DNA of 64,000 nucleotides, taken from an uncultured Candidatus Saccharibacteria bacterium (GTDB lineage Bacteria > Patescibacteriota > Saccharimonadia > Saccharimonadales > UBA4665). Positions 7,926 through 18,571 of this stretch are shown in pieces. The translations under genes and the position numbers were made by a program. Numbering within the stretch: the stretch's first letter is position 1; each line of letters opens with the position of its first letter. Under the pieces are notes generated by a model that saw only the letters and a list, made by a program, of their open reading frames with translations, was not told the origin of the DNA and ran no database searches. The DNA lies in assembly GCA_964578305.1 (NCBI GenBank), contig CAZOCM010000002.1, forward strand, positions 958 through 64,957, read 5' to 3'.

Positions 7926-9857
7926 TTAGAGCAAATCCATTGGGTCTAAGTCATAAAGTACATTTTTAGGTATATCTTGTAAAAGTTTTAAGAGTTCGTT
8001 TCTTTGTGATGCCTTTACAACCAAATGCCACTGAAATTTGTTATTTATTTTCTCTTGAAAAGCAGGTGATGGTCCTTCAACAATAACTTTATAATTTCTT
8101 TGGAGCCGATCTTTAAGGTCAAATGCAATTGAATAAGCTAACTTTGAACTAGCTCGTTTAACTAAAATATTTAAAAGAAAACAATATGGGGGAAAATAAT
8201 AAGCTTTTCTTTGTTCTAATTCAGCTTTATAAAATGAAGAATAATTATTTTTTATAGCGAAATTTATGGCTGGATTACCTGGGTTATATGTTTGAATAAC
8301 TGCAGTGCCGTCAATGTGACCTCTGCCAATTCGGCCAATAACTTGATTAATTAATTGAAAAGTTCTCTCTTGAGACGTGTAATCGGGTAAATTTAAATTA
8401 GTATCTGCTAATACTACTCCAACTAATCCAAGTTTAGGTAAATCTAAACCCTTAGCTATAATTTGAGTTCCAACTAAAATATCAATATTGCCACTTTTAA
8501 TATCGTTATATTTACTTAAAAAACTTTCACTTTTTATATTGTCAGTGTCAAACCTCTGTACATTTGCTTTTGGGAAAAGTTTAGATACATCATCTGCTAA
8601 TGCTTTTGTGCCAGCACTCTTATATATAACATCGCTATGATTGCAAACTGGACAAAGCGAGGGCGCATTAGTAGAAAAAGTACAACTATGACAAAGCAAT
8701 TTATGACTGTCTCCATGATAGATTAGCGGTGTATCACAATGCGGACATAATGATTGCCAGCCGCAGTTCTGACACAGTATTATTCGGGCCGTTCCACGAC
8801 GATTTAAATAAAGAAGTACTTGCTCACCTTTATTTAATGAATTAGATATCATATCTATTAATTTTTGGCTTAGAATATATGACTTTGAAAACAGTGACTT
8901 GTCTCTCAAGTCTATAATTTCAATCTTTGTTTTAGCGACATTATTAACCTTAGCCAAAGTCTTTAGTTTAATAATTGGTCTGTCTTTTTGAAGAGCATAG
9001 AAATAATCTAGTATTAAAGGTGTTGCTGTACCAAGTACAAGTTTTGATTTTGTTAAATTAGCTAAATAAGAGGCAACTAAGCTAGTAATATACTGTGGCG
9101 ACTGACTTTGCTTATACGCAGTTTCATGACTTTCATCAATAACAATTAACCCTATTTTATTTAATGGAGCAAATAAACTTGATCTGGGGCCTATAACCAC
9201 TAGAGGTTTAATTGATTTTAAACACTTAAGCCATGCCGTTTTTCTTTCAAAAGGAGTCTGTTGAGAATGCATGACAACTACTCTGTTGCCAAAAACTGTT
9301 CTAAAGTTATCTGCTAATTGACTTGTCAGACTTATCTCTGGAGTTAAGATAATAGCAGATAAACCTTTATTTACGCTTTCAATTGCTAATTCTTCATATA
9401 CTCTAGTTTTACCGCTACCCGTTATGCCATGTAATAAATAATGGTTAACCGTATCCATTTCTTTAACTGCCAATTTTTGCTCTTTGTTTAACTCTACTAA
9501 CCCTTTTTTTTGTAATTTATCAATGGATTTATTAGTTAAATCTTCTTTTTTAACATTAAAATCAGCCGGTAAAAACTGCTGTGAGATTAGACCCAAAGAT
9601 GTCGGGTAATAACTAAGGAGCCATTTCGCAAGTTCAATACTGTGTTTTGGTAAACAAGGTAAATCATATACAGAACTTATATCTTTAATTTTAAATTTGG
9701 GCTTTGTAACAAGACCTTCAATAAAACCATTAACTTCAATATTTTGAAGCGGTACTTTAACAATACTGCCAACACTAAGCTTTGATTCATAAGAATAAGT
9801 CAGTGGTTCACGCCCATGATATCTATTGCTTCTAACCCAAACCTTATAGAAGTACAT
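7926..9857 (-). CDS. priA: Primosomal protein N' (replication restart helicase)
   Basis: Walker A GITGSGKT, DExH-like VIDESH, and a Cys-rich zinc region (CQNCGW..CPHC..CHSC..CPVC). Confidence 0.9.
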   Translation of the reverse strand: MYFYKVWVRSNRYHGREPLTYSYESKLSVGSIVKVPLQNIEVNGFIEGLVTKPKFKIKDISSVYDLPCLPKHSIELAKWLLSYYPTSLGLISQQFLPADFNVKKEDLTNKSIDKLQKKGLVELNKEQKLAVKEMDTVNHYLLHGITGSGKTRVYEELAIESVNKGLSAIILTPEISLTSQLADNFRTVFGNRVVVMHSQQTPFERKTAWLKCLKSIKPLVVIGPRSSLFAPLNKIGLIVIDESHETAYKQSQSPQYITSLVASYLANLTKSKLVLGTATPLILDYFYALQKDRPIIKLKTLAKVNNVAKTKIEIIDLRDKSLFSKSYILSQKLIDMISNSLNKGEQVLLYLNRRGTARIILCQNCGWQSLCPHCDTPLIYHGDSHKLLCHSCTFSTNAPSLCPVCNHSDVIYKSAGTKALADDVSKLFPKANVQRFDTDNIKSESFLSKYNDIKSGNIDILVGTQIIAKGLDLPKLGLVGVVLADTNLNLPDYTSQERTFQLINQVIGRIGRGHIDGTAVIQTYNPGNPAINFAIKNNYSSFYKAELEQRKAYYFPPYCFLLNILVKRASSKLAYSIAFDLKDRLQRNYKVIVEGPSPAFQEKINNKFQWHLVVKASQRNELLKLLQDIPKNVLYDLDPMDLL

Positions 9858-9967
9858 TTTTATAGTATAAGTTAATTTAAATGTTAATTTATCTTGCTAA
9901 AATTTAGAGGCCTGTTTATACTATTACTAACGTTGTCCGTATAACAATAAGGGGTCATAAAATTACA

Positions 9968-10258
9968 ATGCTTGATGTCTTCATCACTTCTAGAGTTAGG
10001 CGAAAAATTATCGTCATCTATGCTAAATATCCGGATTTTAAAACTCATGTTAGAGGCTTAGCTAAGCTTATCAAAGAAGATGCAGGCAATATTCAGCGAG
10101 AATTGAAACGACTAGAAAAAGTTGGCTTTTTAAATAGTGAGCGACAAGGAAATACAAAAGTATATTCAACAAATAAGCAATTTCCAATCTTCCGCGAGCT
10201 CCAAAGTATAGTGCTAAAATCACAACGGACTGTTCAACAAAAAAGAGTGACTGGATAG
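9968..10258 (+). CDS. Small winged-helix transcriptional regulator (ArsR/MarR-like fold)
   Basis: 96 aa. The helix-turn-helix-like LAKLIKEDAGNIQRELKRLEKVGFL is followed by a wing (GNTKVYS). Confidence 0.55.
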   Translation: MLDVFITSRVRRKIIVIYAKYPDFKTHVRGLAKLIKEDAGNIQRELKRLEKVGFLNSERQGNTKVYSTNKQFPIFRELQSIVLKSQRTVQQKRVTG

Positions 10259-10300
10259 ATACTTGCATATTTCACCTCTGTAAAGTAAAATAATCTGGAC

Positions 10301-10516
10301 ATGATACAAGTTACAAAGAAAGATTCTAAGGAATCTACGGAATATTTACTCCGTAGATTTAATAGAAAAGTCCAACAATCTGGTCTTGTTGCTAATGTAA
10401 AGCAGAACCAGTATTATCAGAAACCTATGAGTAAACGAGACAGACGAAACAAAGCTATTATTCGACAAGAGCGTAAAGTAATAAAACTTAAAAAAATTAA
10501 GTTAGGCCAGAGATAA
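10301..10516 (+). CDS. rpsU: 30S ribosomal protein S21
   Basis: 71 aa and basic. It has LRRFNRKVQQSGL and a KRDRRNKA-type S21 signature. Confidence 0.9.
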   Translation: MIQVTKKDSKESTEYLLRRFNRKVQQSGLVANVKQNQYYQKPMSKRDRRNKAIIRQERKVIKLKKIKLGQR

Positions 10517-10521
10517 TATAT

Positions 10522-10971
10522 ATGCTTGAGGACAAACTCGAGCAAGACATAAAGTCGGCTTTACTTGCTAAAGACACTTTAAAACTAACAACACTGAGGG
10601 GTTTAAAAGCTGTTATTTTAAATGAAAAAGTTGCCAAAAATAAGAGAGAAAGCGGCCTGTCTGATGATGAAGTTATAGTGCTACTATCAAAAGAAGCTAA
10701 AAAAAGGCAAGAAAGTGCCGACCTATATCTTCAAGGTAATAATAAAGAAAAAGCAGACCTTGAGCTCAAAGAAAAAACATTTATTGAGGATTATTTACCG
10801 GAACAAATGAGCCGAGAAGAAATATCAAATTTAGTAGACAAAATTATTAATGAAAATAATTACAGCGGACTTAATAATCTAGGTCCAGTAATTGCAAAAG
10901 TAAAATCCAGCGCTGGACCTGGAGCGGATGGAAGTTTAATAGCTCAAATAGCGAAAGTGAAACTTTCATGA
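10522..10971 (+). CDS. yqeY: GatB/YqeY domain-containing protein
   Basis: 149 aa. The N-terminus (LEQDIKSALLAKDTLKLTTLRGLKAVI) and the rpsU-yqeY adjacency are typical. Confidence 0.85.
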   Translation: MLEDKLEQDIKSALLAKDTLKLTTLRGLKAVILNEKVAKNKRESGLSDDEVIVLLSKEAKKRQESADLYLQGNNKEKADLELKEKTFIEDYLPEQMSREEISNLVDKIINENNYSGLNNLGPVIAKVKSSAGPGADGSLIAQIAKVKLS

Positions 10972-11510
10972 TACTTCTTATGGGCATCGCTGGTTCAGGA
11001 AAAGGCACCCAGGGTAAAATGCTGGCGGATAAATTCGGTCTCCATTTAGTTTCTATGGGAGATATATTTAGGATTTATCTAACAGGAGAACAAAGAGAGC
11101 GTATATTATCCGGAAAATTGCTTGCAGATAAGGAAACCATAGATATTCTCGATAAAGTCTTGTCTTCTATCCCTGATGAAGAAGAATTACTGCTCGATGG
11201 CTTCCCCAGGACAATTGATCAAGCCGAATGGTTATTAAAAGAATCGAATGCTGGTCGATTTGATCTTAGATGCGCTATTCATTTAGCCGCTAGTCGAAAA
11301 GTTGTAAAAGACAGATTGATTAAAAGAGCTAGAATTGACGACAATGAGCAATCTATTGAGGCAAGATTTGATGAATTTGAAGTTGCCACTACCCCAATAA
11401 TTAATTGGCTAGAAGATCATGATGTAAAAGTCTTTGATATTAATGCTGAAAGACCAATTAAAACAGTCAATCAAGACTTATCTAATATAATTCAAAAACT
11501 ATTTATATAA
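10968..11510 (+). CDS. adk: Adenylate kinase (short LID type)
   Basis: P-loop GIAGSGKGTQ, a GDIFR motif, and DGFPRT. Overlaps yqeY by 4 nt. Confidence 0.85.
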   Translation: MILLMGIAGSGKGTQGKMLADKFGLHLVSMGDIFRIYLTGEQRERILSGKLLADKETIDILDKVLSSIPDEEELLLDGFPRTIDQAEWLLKESNAGRFDLRCAIHLAASRKVVKDRLIKRARIDDNEQSIEARFDEFEVATTPIINWLEDHDVKVFDINAERPIKTVNQDLSNIIQKLFI

Positions 11511-11516
11511 ATCGGT

Positions 11517-12272
11517 ATGGTTACAGCGATAAAAAATAATCGTCAAATTAACGCTATGTCCGAAGGCGGTAAGATGCTCGCAACCATATTAGAACTACTT
11601 AAAAAGGAAGTTCAAGTTGGTATATCAACAAAGGATATCGCTAAGATTGCCGAAACTGAATTAAATAAATTAGGTGGCGAATCAGCGTTTTTAAATTATC
11701 AAGGTTACCCTGAAGTTATATGCGTATCTATTAATCAGGAAATTGTACATGGTATTCCAAAATCAGATAAGTTTATAAAAGACGGCGATATAGTAAGTTT
11801 AGATTTTGGTGTTAAGTATAAGGGCATGATTACAGATGCAGCCATTTCGGTGATTGCTGGAAAGGCAAAGCAAAAAAAGCATTTAAAGCTAATTGAAGAC
11901 ACCGAAAAATCACTATATAAAGGAATTAAAGTTGTAAAAGATAGAATCCGAACGGGTGATATAGGCAATGCTATTGAATCTTATTTAGAAAAAGGTCATT
12001 ACGGGATAATAAAAGACTTAGTCGGGCATGGAGTTGGTACATTTGTGCATGAAGATCCAAATATACCTAATTTTGGTCGAAAAAACACTGGACCATGGCT
12101 GCAAAAGAATATGACGATAGCAATAGAGCCAATGGTGACACTTGGTACCGACCAAATTAAAATTGCTGATGATGGCTGGACAGTTGAGACAGTAGATGGA
12201 TCGCTGGCAGCACATTTTGAGCACACGGTCCTTATAACAGATGAAGGCGCTAAGATACTGACTAGATTGTAA
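11517..12272 (+). CDS. map: Methionine aminopeptidase type I
   Basis: VHGIP, the DFGVKYKGMITD metal site, GHGVG, and EPM..FEHTV. adk-map adjacency. Confidence 0.95.
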   Translation: MVTAIKNNRQINAMSEGGKMLATILELLKKEVQVGISTKDIAKIAETELNKLGGESAFLNYQGYPEVICVSINQEIVHGIPKSDKFIKDGDIVSLDFGVKYKGMITDAAISVIAGKAKQKKHLKLIEDTEKSLYKGIKVVKDRIRTGDIGNAIESYLEKGHYGIIKDLVGHGVGTFVHEDPNIPNFGRKNTGPWLQKNMTIAIEPMVTLGTDQIKIADDGWTVETVDGSLAAHFEHTVLITDEGAKILTRL

Positions 12273-12303
12273 GTATCAAACAATAGCGCTATACTCTTAT
12301 CAA

Positions 12304-13524
12304 ATGAATCCTCAGCAATTTGTTGGTTTAGATATTGGCACAAGTGCTGTTCGATGCGTTGTTGGGACTTACGATCCAAATTCCTCGTCAATGCCATCAA
12401 TTATTGGTCATGGACATGCCGAAAATCAGGGTATGAGAAGAGGATCTGTGGTTCATGTTGATGATGTTGCTGATGCTATTATCCATGCCACAACTGAAGC
12501 CGAAAGAATTTCAGGAATGCAAATAAAAAATGCAACTGTAAATGTCAATGGATCCCATGTCAGTGGAATAAATTCAGAAGGTGTGATTGCTATCAGTGCC
12601 GCTAATAGAGAAATTAGTGTCGAAGATAGAGCAAGAGTTGAAGAAGCCGCAACAATCTTGAAACTACCTACAAACAGGGAAATAGTGCAGTTTTTTGCTA
12701 AAAACTATAGTCTTGACGGTCAAAAAAACATAAAAGACCCGGTTGGTATGCACGGAGTTAGGTTAGAAGTTGATGCTCATATTGTTACTGCTGCAACACC
12801 AAACTTGAGAAACTTAGATAATGCACTTCAAAAGGCTGAAATAACTCCAAATCATCACACAGTATCAAGTTTGGCTTCAGCCGAAGCAGTATTTACAAGA
12901 CAACAAAAAGAAGCCGGCACTGCTTTAATAGATATAGGATCTGGTACAACTAATCTAATTGTCTTTGAAGACGGTGAAGTTCAATATGTGGCTGTACTGC
13001 CAATTGGAGGTCAACATATTACTAATGATTTAGCGATAGGGCTTAAAACTGACTTAGATATAGCCGAAAATGTAAAAATACAATCTGCTAGCTTAAAGCA
13101 TGCATCAAATAAAGCAAATGTTTCGATTAAAATGAGCGATAAGACATATATATTTGATTACGACGAAGTTTACATGATCGTTGAGGCAAGAGTAGAAGAA
13201 TTATTAGAATATGTAGATAAAGAATTAGCCAAAATTAAAAAGTCACAAAAATTGCCCGGAGGAATTGTTATAACGGGAGGAACTTCAAAACTTCCAGGAA
13301 TAGAAGAATTTGCTCGAGAAAAAATGCAATTACCAGCGCGATTAGGAAGACTACAAAACATCGGTGGACTTGTCGATACCGTTGAAGATGCTAGTTATAT
13401 AACAGTAGTCGGACTAATGCTACTAGATATGCTTTTATTGCCATCCCTGCCAAATGTTATGGGAAAATCTACAATACGCTCAAACACTCTGTTAAAATCA
13501 GTATTTAAATTACTAAAACCATAG
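12304..13524 (+). CDS. ftsA: Cell division protein FtsA
   Basis: Actin-fold motifs GLDIGTS and DIGSGTTN, ITGGTSKLPG, and a C-terminal amphipathic helix LLKSVFKLLKP. Lies upstream of ftsZ. Confidence 0.9.
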   Translation: MNPQQFVGLDIGTSAVRCVVGTYDPNSSSMPSIIGHGHAENQGMRRGSVVHVDDVADAIIHATTEAERISGMQIKNATVNVNGSHVSGINSEGVIAISAANREISVEDRARVEEAATILKLPTNREIVQFFAKNYSLDGQKNIKDPVGMHGVRLEVDAHIVTAATPNLRNLDNALQKAEITPNHHTVSSLASAEAVFTRQQKEAGTALIDIGSGTTNLIVFEDGEVQYVAVLPIGGQHITNDLAIGLKTDLDIAENVKIQSASLKHASNKANVSIKMSDKTYIFDYDEVYMIVEARVEELLEYVDKELAKIKKSQKLPGGIVITGGTSKLPGIEEFAREKMQLPARLGRLQNIGGLVDTVEDASYITVVGLMLLDMLLLPSLPNVMGKSTIRSNTLLKSVFKLLKP

Positions 13525-13611
13525 CCGAATAAATATTTAGGTAGATTAGAATAACCTATTTTGACATTTGTTTTATTGAGATTAAATGGTCTTATTTAAT
13601 GTTCAAATTTA

Positions 13612-13640
13612 TTGAACTTTAGTCAGTGCTAAGTTATACT
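13612..13640 (+). promoter_or_regulatory. Sigma70-like promoter TTGAAC-N17-TATACT upstream of ftsZ
   Basis: Hexamers at 13612..13617 and 13635..13640 with exactly 17 nt between them. About 45 nt upstream of the ftsZ ATG, which has a GGGAG SD. Confidence 0.4.
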
Positions 13641-13684
13641 ATCACCTTATTGAATATATTGAATATTTGGAACGGGAGTATTAA

Positions 13685-14989
13685 ATGCCACAAGTTGTAG
13701 AACCAGCTATTGAAACGTTTGCTCAAATTAAAGTAATTGGAATAGGTGGTGCAGGTGGAGCAGCTATAAATAGAATGGTTGAAGCAGGCATAGAAAATGT
13801 CGAGTTTGTTGCCATTAATACAGATGCACAAGCTCTTCATCACTCATTAGCACAAAAGAAAATACACATCGGGAAAGATATAACTAGGGGATTAGGTGCC
13901 GGTGCTGATCCAGCCATAGGTGAACAAGCGGCTAAAGAATCAATTGATGAGATAAAGCAAGCTATTGAAGGTGCGGACATGGTCTTTATAACTATTGGTG
14001 CAGGTGGTGGTACTGGTAGCGGTGCAGGTTACATTATTGCTGAAATAGCCAAAAATCTTGGCGGATTAGTTATTGGGTTTGCAACTAAGCCTTTTGCATT
14101 TGAAGGTGAAAAAAGACGACGAAATGCAGATGTCGCTATCGAGAAACTAAGAAATTCGGTCGATACATTAATCGTCATTCCAAATGATCGCCTTCTTCAA
14201 ACAATAGACCGAGGAACGCCACTTATGGAAGCATTTAAAGTGGCTGATGATGTTTTAAGACAGGGTGTTCAAGGGATCTCTGATTTAATTACCGTTCATG
14301 GAATGATTAACTTAGACTTTGCAGACGTTAAAACTGTTATGAGCAAGGCCGGATCGGCATTAATGGGTATCGGCCGTGCTAGCGGTGAAGACAGAGCTGT
14401 TGAAGCAGCCAAACAAGCTATTGAATCACCACTACTTGAAGTCTCTATAGATGGCGCACGTGGAATACTATTTAATGTAATTGGCGGACACGATCTAACA
14501 ATGCACGAAATTAATACTGCAGCTGAAACTATTACTAGTGCAGCTGATCCAGAAGCTAATATCATATTCGGTGCTACTATTAATCCAGAACTAGAAGGAG
14601 AGATTATAATTACTGTCGTAGCTACAGGATTTGATGCTTCATATTATGCAAAGCGTGCAATTGAAACTGGGGAAAAAAGCAAAAGTAAAGCATCATTATC
14701 TGATAGTGAACCACTAACCACTAAAACAGATGAAAAAACACTTAAAGATATAGATATGGATTTAGGTGACAATGAATTACCTGAAGAACACGACTTTTCT
14801 AAAGATGATACTCACATTCCAAATATCTGGTCAGCCAACGAAGAAGAGGATTCAGCTAAAGATGAGAAAATAGAAAAAGAAGAAAAAAACGAAGACGAAA
14901 GCGATATTATTACAAGCGAACTTGAAGATAAAATTGAAGCACCATCATTCATGAGAAGGTTTCGAAAACGGAATAAAAACAACGAATAA
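13685..14989 (+). CDS. ftsZ: Cell division protein FtsZ
   Basis: Tubulin signature [11 protein letters not shown] and NTDAQAL. A long acidic linker is followed by the conserved C-terminal peptide APSFMRRF. Confidence 0.97.
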   Translation: MPQVVEPAIETFAQIKVIGIGGAGGAAINRMVEAGIENVEFVAINTDAQALHHSLAQKKIHIGKDITRGLGAGADPAIGEQAAKESIDEIKQAIEGADMVFITIGAGGGTGSGAGYIIAEIAKNLGGLVIGFATKPFAFEGEKRRRNADVAIEKLRNSVDTLIVIPNDRLLQTIDRGTPLMEAFKVADDVLRQGVQGISDLITVHGMINLDFADVKTVMSKAGSALMGIGRASGEDRAVEAAKQAIESPLLEVSIDGARGILFNVIGGHDLTMHEINTAAETITSAADPEANIIFGATINPELEGEIIITVVATGFDASYYAKRAIETGEKSKSKASLSDSEPLTTKTDEKTLKDIDMDLGDNELPEEHDFSKDDTHIPNIWSANEEEDSAKDEKIEKEEKNEDESDIITSELEDKIEAPSFMRRFRKRNKNNE

Positions 14990-15068
14990 TTAGCAAATTT
15001 TTTAAACAAAAGTATTTTTTATCTTGTTTTTGGCAAAGTACGTCATAAATAATACAATGAAAAAAAAC

Positions 15069-15125
15069 TTGCAAAAACACTATGGATGGGGTTATATTGG
15101 ACTAACACAGCACTATATATGGAAA
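15069..15125 (+). promoter_or_regulatory. nrdR-nrdJ promoter (TTGCAA-N17-TTATAT) with two tandem NrdR boxes
   Basis: Box 1 ACACTATGGATGGGGT at 15077..15092 lies in the spacer. Box 2 GCACTATATATGGAAA at 15110..15125 lies just downstream of the -10. Both resemble acaCwAtATaTwGtgt and are offset by 33 bp. Confidence 0.65.
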
Positions 15126-15182
15126 AAACTGAAATATAGTTCTTATGGCGCTGAGTACATTTAATCCAAATTAGGAGGCAAT

Positions 15183-15650
15183 ATGAAATGCACCCAATGC
15201 CAAAGCGAGGATATAAAAGTTATAGAATCTCGAGATGTGGCAGAAGGTCAAGCTATTCGCCGACGACGTATGTGTAATGATTGCGGGCATCGCTTTACAA
15301 CTTATGAGAGACTTGAGAGACCTCAACTAATCGTTATTAAGAATGATGGCACCAGACAATTATTTAACAGGGATAAACTTTTAGCCGGTTTGTACAGAGC
15401 ATGTGAGAAAACACCAGTTACTTCTATTCAACTAGAAAAATTGGTCGATACAATTGAGCAAGATCTGTATGCTTGCGGTGATCATGAAGTGTATTCTAAG
15501 CGGATCGGTGATATGGTCATGGATCTATTAGCAAGACTAAACGAGGTAGCTTACGTAAGATTTGCAAGTGTTTATCGGCGATTTAAAGATATAGCCGGGT
15601 TCGAGCACGAATTATCTATTGTAAGGCAAGGTAAACACATCGTTACATAA
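15183..15650 (+). CDS. nrdR: Transcriptional repressor NrdR
   Basis: N-terminal zinc ribbon (CTQC...CNDC) plus an ATP-cone. AGGAGG SD upstream. Confidence 0.95.
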   Translation: MKCTQCQSEDIKVIESRDVAEGQAIRRRRMCNDCGHRFTTYERLERPQLIVIKNDGTRQLFNRDKLLAGLYRACEKTPVTSIQLEKLVDTIEQDLYACGDHEVYSKRIGDMVMDLLARLNEVAYVRFASVYRRFKDIAGFEHELSIVRQGKHIVT

Positions 15651-15719
15651 AAAAATAAATAATATAAAAAATAAAATTAAAAAGGTGTTTAAAAATACAG
15701 GAAAGAAAAGAGGGTAAAT

Positions 15720-18539
15720 ATGAGTGATACAACTAGTATAGGAGTGGCAAGGTTGTTTACTGCTCCAAACAGTAAAGCTTATGAGCAATTGAAATGGGTT
15801 AAAAGAGATGCATTAATAAAAAATCCAACACTAGATAAACCTGTTTTTGAGCAAAAAAACATAGATTTTCCTGAAGATTGGTCTATTAATGCAATCAATA
15901 TTGTTGCCCAAAAGTATTTTACTGGTACCCCTGGCACTAAAGATAGGGAACAATCCCTAAAACAACTAATTGACCGAGTTGTAGACACGATTACCCGCCA
16001 AGGTTTACAAGAAGGTTATTTTGTAAATGATGACGAAGCAGAAGACTTTAAGGAAGAACTAAAATATATACTTTCAACGCAGAGAGCTTCATTCAATAGC
16101 CCTGTATGGTTTAATATTGGTGCAAAATCCAGGCCTCAACAAGCGAGCGCTTGCTTTATTTTAGGTATTGAAGATACAATGCCGGCTATTTTAAATTGGT
16201 ATTCCGAGGAAGGAATAATATTTAAAGGTGGAAGCGGTAGCGGTATCAACTTAAGCTCAATTAGATCGAGTGTTGAACCACTTGGCAAGAGTGCTGGAAC
16301 TGCCAGCGGACCTCTTAGCTTTATGCGCGGAGCTGACTCTAGCGCCGGTGCCATAAAAAGCGGCGGGAAGACAAGACGGGCTGCAAAAATGGTCATATTA
16401 AATGTTGATCACCCTGATGTAGAAGATTTTATTTGGTGTAAAGCTATTGAAGAAAGAAAAGCTAGAGATTTACAGTCTTTAGGCTGGGATATGAATCTGG
16501 ATGGAAAGGATTCTTTCAGTGTGCAATATCAAAACGCCAATAATTCAGTTCGTGTAACAGATGAATTTATGGATGCTGTTATAAATGATGACAACTGGAA
16601 TCTAGTAGGAGTAAAAACTGGAGAAGTGATTAAAACTCTTAAAGCTAGAGATCTAATGAAGCAATTTTCTGAAGCAACTTGGGAATGTGCTGATCCAGGG
16701 ATGCAATATGACTCAACCATAAATAAATGGCATACAACTCCTAAAGCCGGCCGGATAAGCGGTTCAAACCCTTGCAGTGAGTATATGCATTTAGATAATT
16801 CCGCTTGTAATCTAGCTAGTCTTAATTTATTGAAATTCTTAAAACCAGACAATACATTTGATATCCAAGCATTTACGCACACAACCGAATTAATCTTCAC
16901 AGCTCAAGAAATTTTAGTAGGCTACAGTGAATATCCAACAGAAAAAATTTCAAAGACTGCTAAAGCTTTCAGAGAACTAGGTATAGGATATGCAAATCTT
17001 GGCGCCTTACTAATGGCTATTGGATTGCCTTATGATTCAGATGAAGGTCGAGCAATATCTGCTGCAATTACAGCCTTACTTACTGGTCAGTCCTATGCAA
17101 CAAGTGCAAAAATTGCTAAACGGATAGGACCGTTTGCTGGTTACGCCAAAGACAAAGAAGCGATGCTTAAAGTATTAAAAATGCATCGAGCAGAAGTGTC
17201 AAATATAGATGCGAGTTTAGTACCAGAAGAGCTTTTAAGTGCAGCCACAGCTTCATGGGATGAAGCAGTTGAACTTAGTGAAATTTATGGTGTTAGGAAC
17301 TCACAAGCAAGTTTGCTTGCTCCGACAGGAACAATAGGCCTCATGATGGATTGTGACACTCTAGGTATTGAACCTGATCTTGGTTTAGTCAAAGTCAAGA
17401 AGCTTGTAGGTGGTGGAACAATGAGTATAGTTAACCAAACTGTACCTAAAGCATTAAAATCTTTAGGTTACAGTAACCCGCAAGTAGAAGAAATAGTTAA
17501 ATACATAGATGAAGAAAAGACAATATTAGGTGCTCCACACTTAAAATCAGAGCACGAACCGGTTTTCGCTTGCTCTATGGGTGATAATGCAATTCATTAT
17601 CTTGGGCACGTTAAAATGATGTCTGCAGTCCAGCCCTTCTTGAGTGGTGCAATATCTAAAACTGTTAATATGCCAGAAGATGTATCAGTTGAAGACATAG
17701 AACAACTGCACATTGATGCTTGGAAAATGGGACTTAAAGCGATTGCTATTTATAGAGACAACTGTAAAGTTGCTCAACCACTGCGAATGGCCAAAAAAGA
17801 TAGCGACTCAAAGTCAGAACCGGCAGAGCAAGCATTAGTATTAGATAAGTACGTAGTCAAAGGTGCAATAAGGCGACCTCTACCTAAAGTTAGAACTGCT
17901 AAAACTTTTTCATTTACGGTGTCCGATTGTCATGGTTATGTAACAGTTGGAGAATATGAAGATGGTACACCAGGCGAACTATTCATTAATATTGCCAAAA
18001 TGGGATCAACCCTTGCTGGTTTAATGGATTCTTTTGCAAGATCTGTAAGTTATGGTCTTCAATATGGCGTCCCGCTTAAGACTTACGTAAAGGGTCTTAG
18101 TCATATGAGCTTTGCCCCTTCAGGTATTACAGACGATAAAGACATTAGGACTGCTTCTAGTCTGGTAGATTACATTTTTAGAAGATTAGCCATGAGTTAT
18201 TTAGCATTTGATGATAGAGTTGAGCTTGGTTTAGCTTCAATAGATGACATGCCTGAAAGCCAGACAACATTTATCGAAGAATCTATTAGTGATTTACAAC
18301 CAAAAACTGTCATTGCTGAAGCGAAAGTTACTAATAGTAATCCTACAATAAATAAACCTATTGGTTCGTACAAACCTAGTGTACTTTCTAGCTCTGTAAA
18401 ATCGGAATCATCAACTCCGACTAAGAGTATTGTCAAAGATAATTTAGCGCCACTTTGCTATAACTGTGGCAATATCACGCAAAAATCCGGCAGCTGTTAT
18501 GTATGTACTAGCTGCGGCAGTACAACCGGCTGTAGTTAA
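15720..18539 (+). CDS. nrdJ: Class II (adenosylcobalamin-dependent) ribonucleotide reductase
   Basis: 939 aa with the active-site NPCSEY and LLAPTGTIG. Cys-rich C-terminal tail CYNCGN..CYVCTSCGSTTGC. Immediately follows nrdR. Confidence 0.92.
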   Translation: MSDTTSIGVARLFTAPNSKAYEQLKWVKRDALIKNPTLDKPVFEQKNIDFPEDWSINAINIVAQKYFTGTPGTKDREQSLKQLIDRVVDTITRQGLQEGYFVNDDEAEDFKEELKYILSTQRASFNSPVWFNIGAKSRPQQASACFILGIEDTMPAILNWYSEEGIIFKGGSGSGINLSSIRSSVEPLGKSAGTASGPLSFMRGADSSAGAIKSGGKTRRAAKMVILNVDHPDVEDFIWCKAIEERKARDLQSLGWDMNLDGKDSFSVQYQNANNSVRVTDEFMDAVINDDNWNLVGVKTGEVIKTLKARDLMKQFSEATWECADPGMQYDSTINKWHTTPKAGRISGSNPCSEYMHLDNSACNLASLNLLKFLKPDNTFDIQAFTHTTELIFTAQEILVGYSEYPTEKISKTAKAFRELGIGYANLGALLMAIGLPYDSDEGRAISAAITALLTGQSYATSAKIAKRIGPFAGYAKDKEAMLKVLKMHRAEVSNIDASLVPEELLSAATASWDEAVELSEIYGVRNSQASLLAPTGTIGLMMDCDTLGIEPDLGLVKVKKLVGGGTMSIVNQTVPKALKSLGYSNPQVEEIVKYIDEEKTILGAPHLKSEHEPVFACSMGDNAIHYLGHVKMMSAVQPFLSGAISKTVNMPEDVSVEDIEQLHIDAWKMGLKAIAIYRDNCKVAQPLRMAKKDSDSKSEPAEQALVLDKYVVKGAIRRPLPKVRTAKTFSFTVSDCHGYVTVGEYEDGTPGELFINIAKMGSTLAGLMDSFARSVSYGLQYGVPLKTYVKGLSHMSFAPSGITDDKDIRTASSLVDYIFRRLAMSYLAFDDRVELGLASIDDMPESQTTFIEESISDLQPKTVIAEAKVTNSNPTINKPIGSYKPSVLSSSVKSESSTPTKSIVKDNLAPLCYNCGNITQKSGSCYVCTSCGSTTGCS

Positions 18540-18571
18540 TACGCCAACGGTTATGTTAAAATTGCTTGAGT

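Noticed and set aside
11999-12400. 133-aa minus-strand ORF spanning the map 3' end and the ftsA start. Similar antisense ORFs lie at 16529..16900, 48996..49382, 4489..4803 and 55440..55748.
   Set aside because: All are embedded antisense within confidently identified housekeeping genes and have low-complexity or hydrophobic junk translations. I treat them as shadow ORFs.
14820-14940. GAA/GAT/AAA-rich repetitive tract
   Set aside because: It encodes the acidic disordered linker of FtsZ ([22 protein letters not shown]). It is not a repeat element or a CRISPR array.
15597-15606. GGGTTCGAGC, a tRNA T-arm-like string
   Set aside because: It lies in frame inside nrdR and has no acceptor or anticodon arms around it. 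No tRNA was recognisable anywhere in the window.
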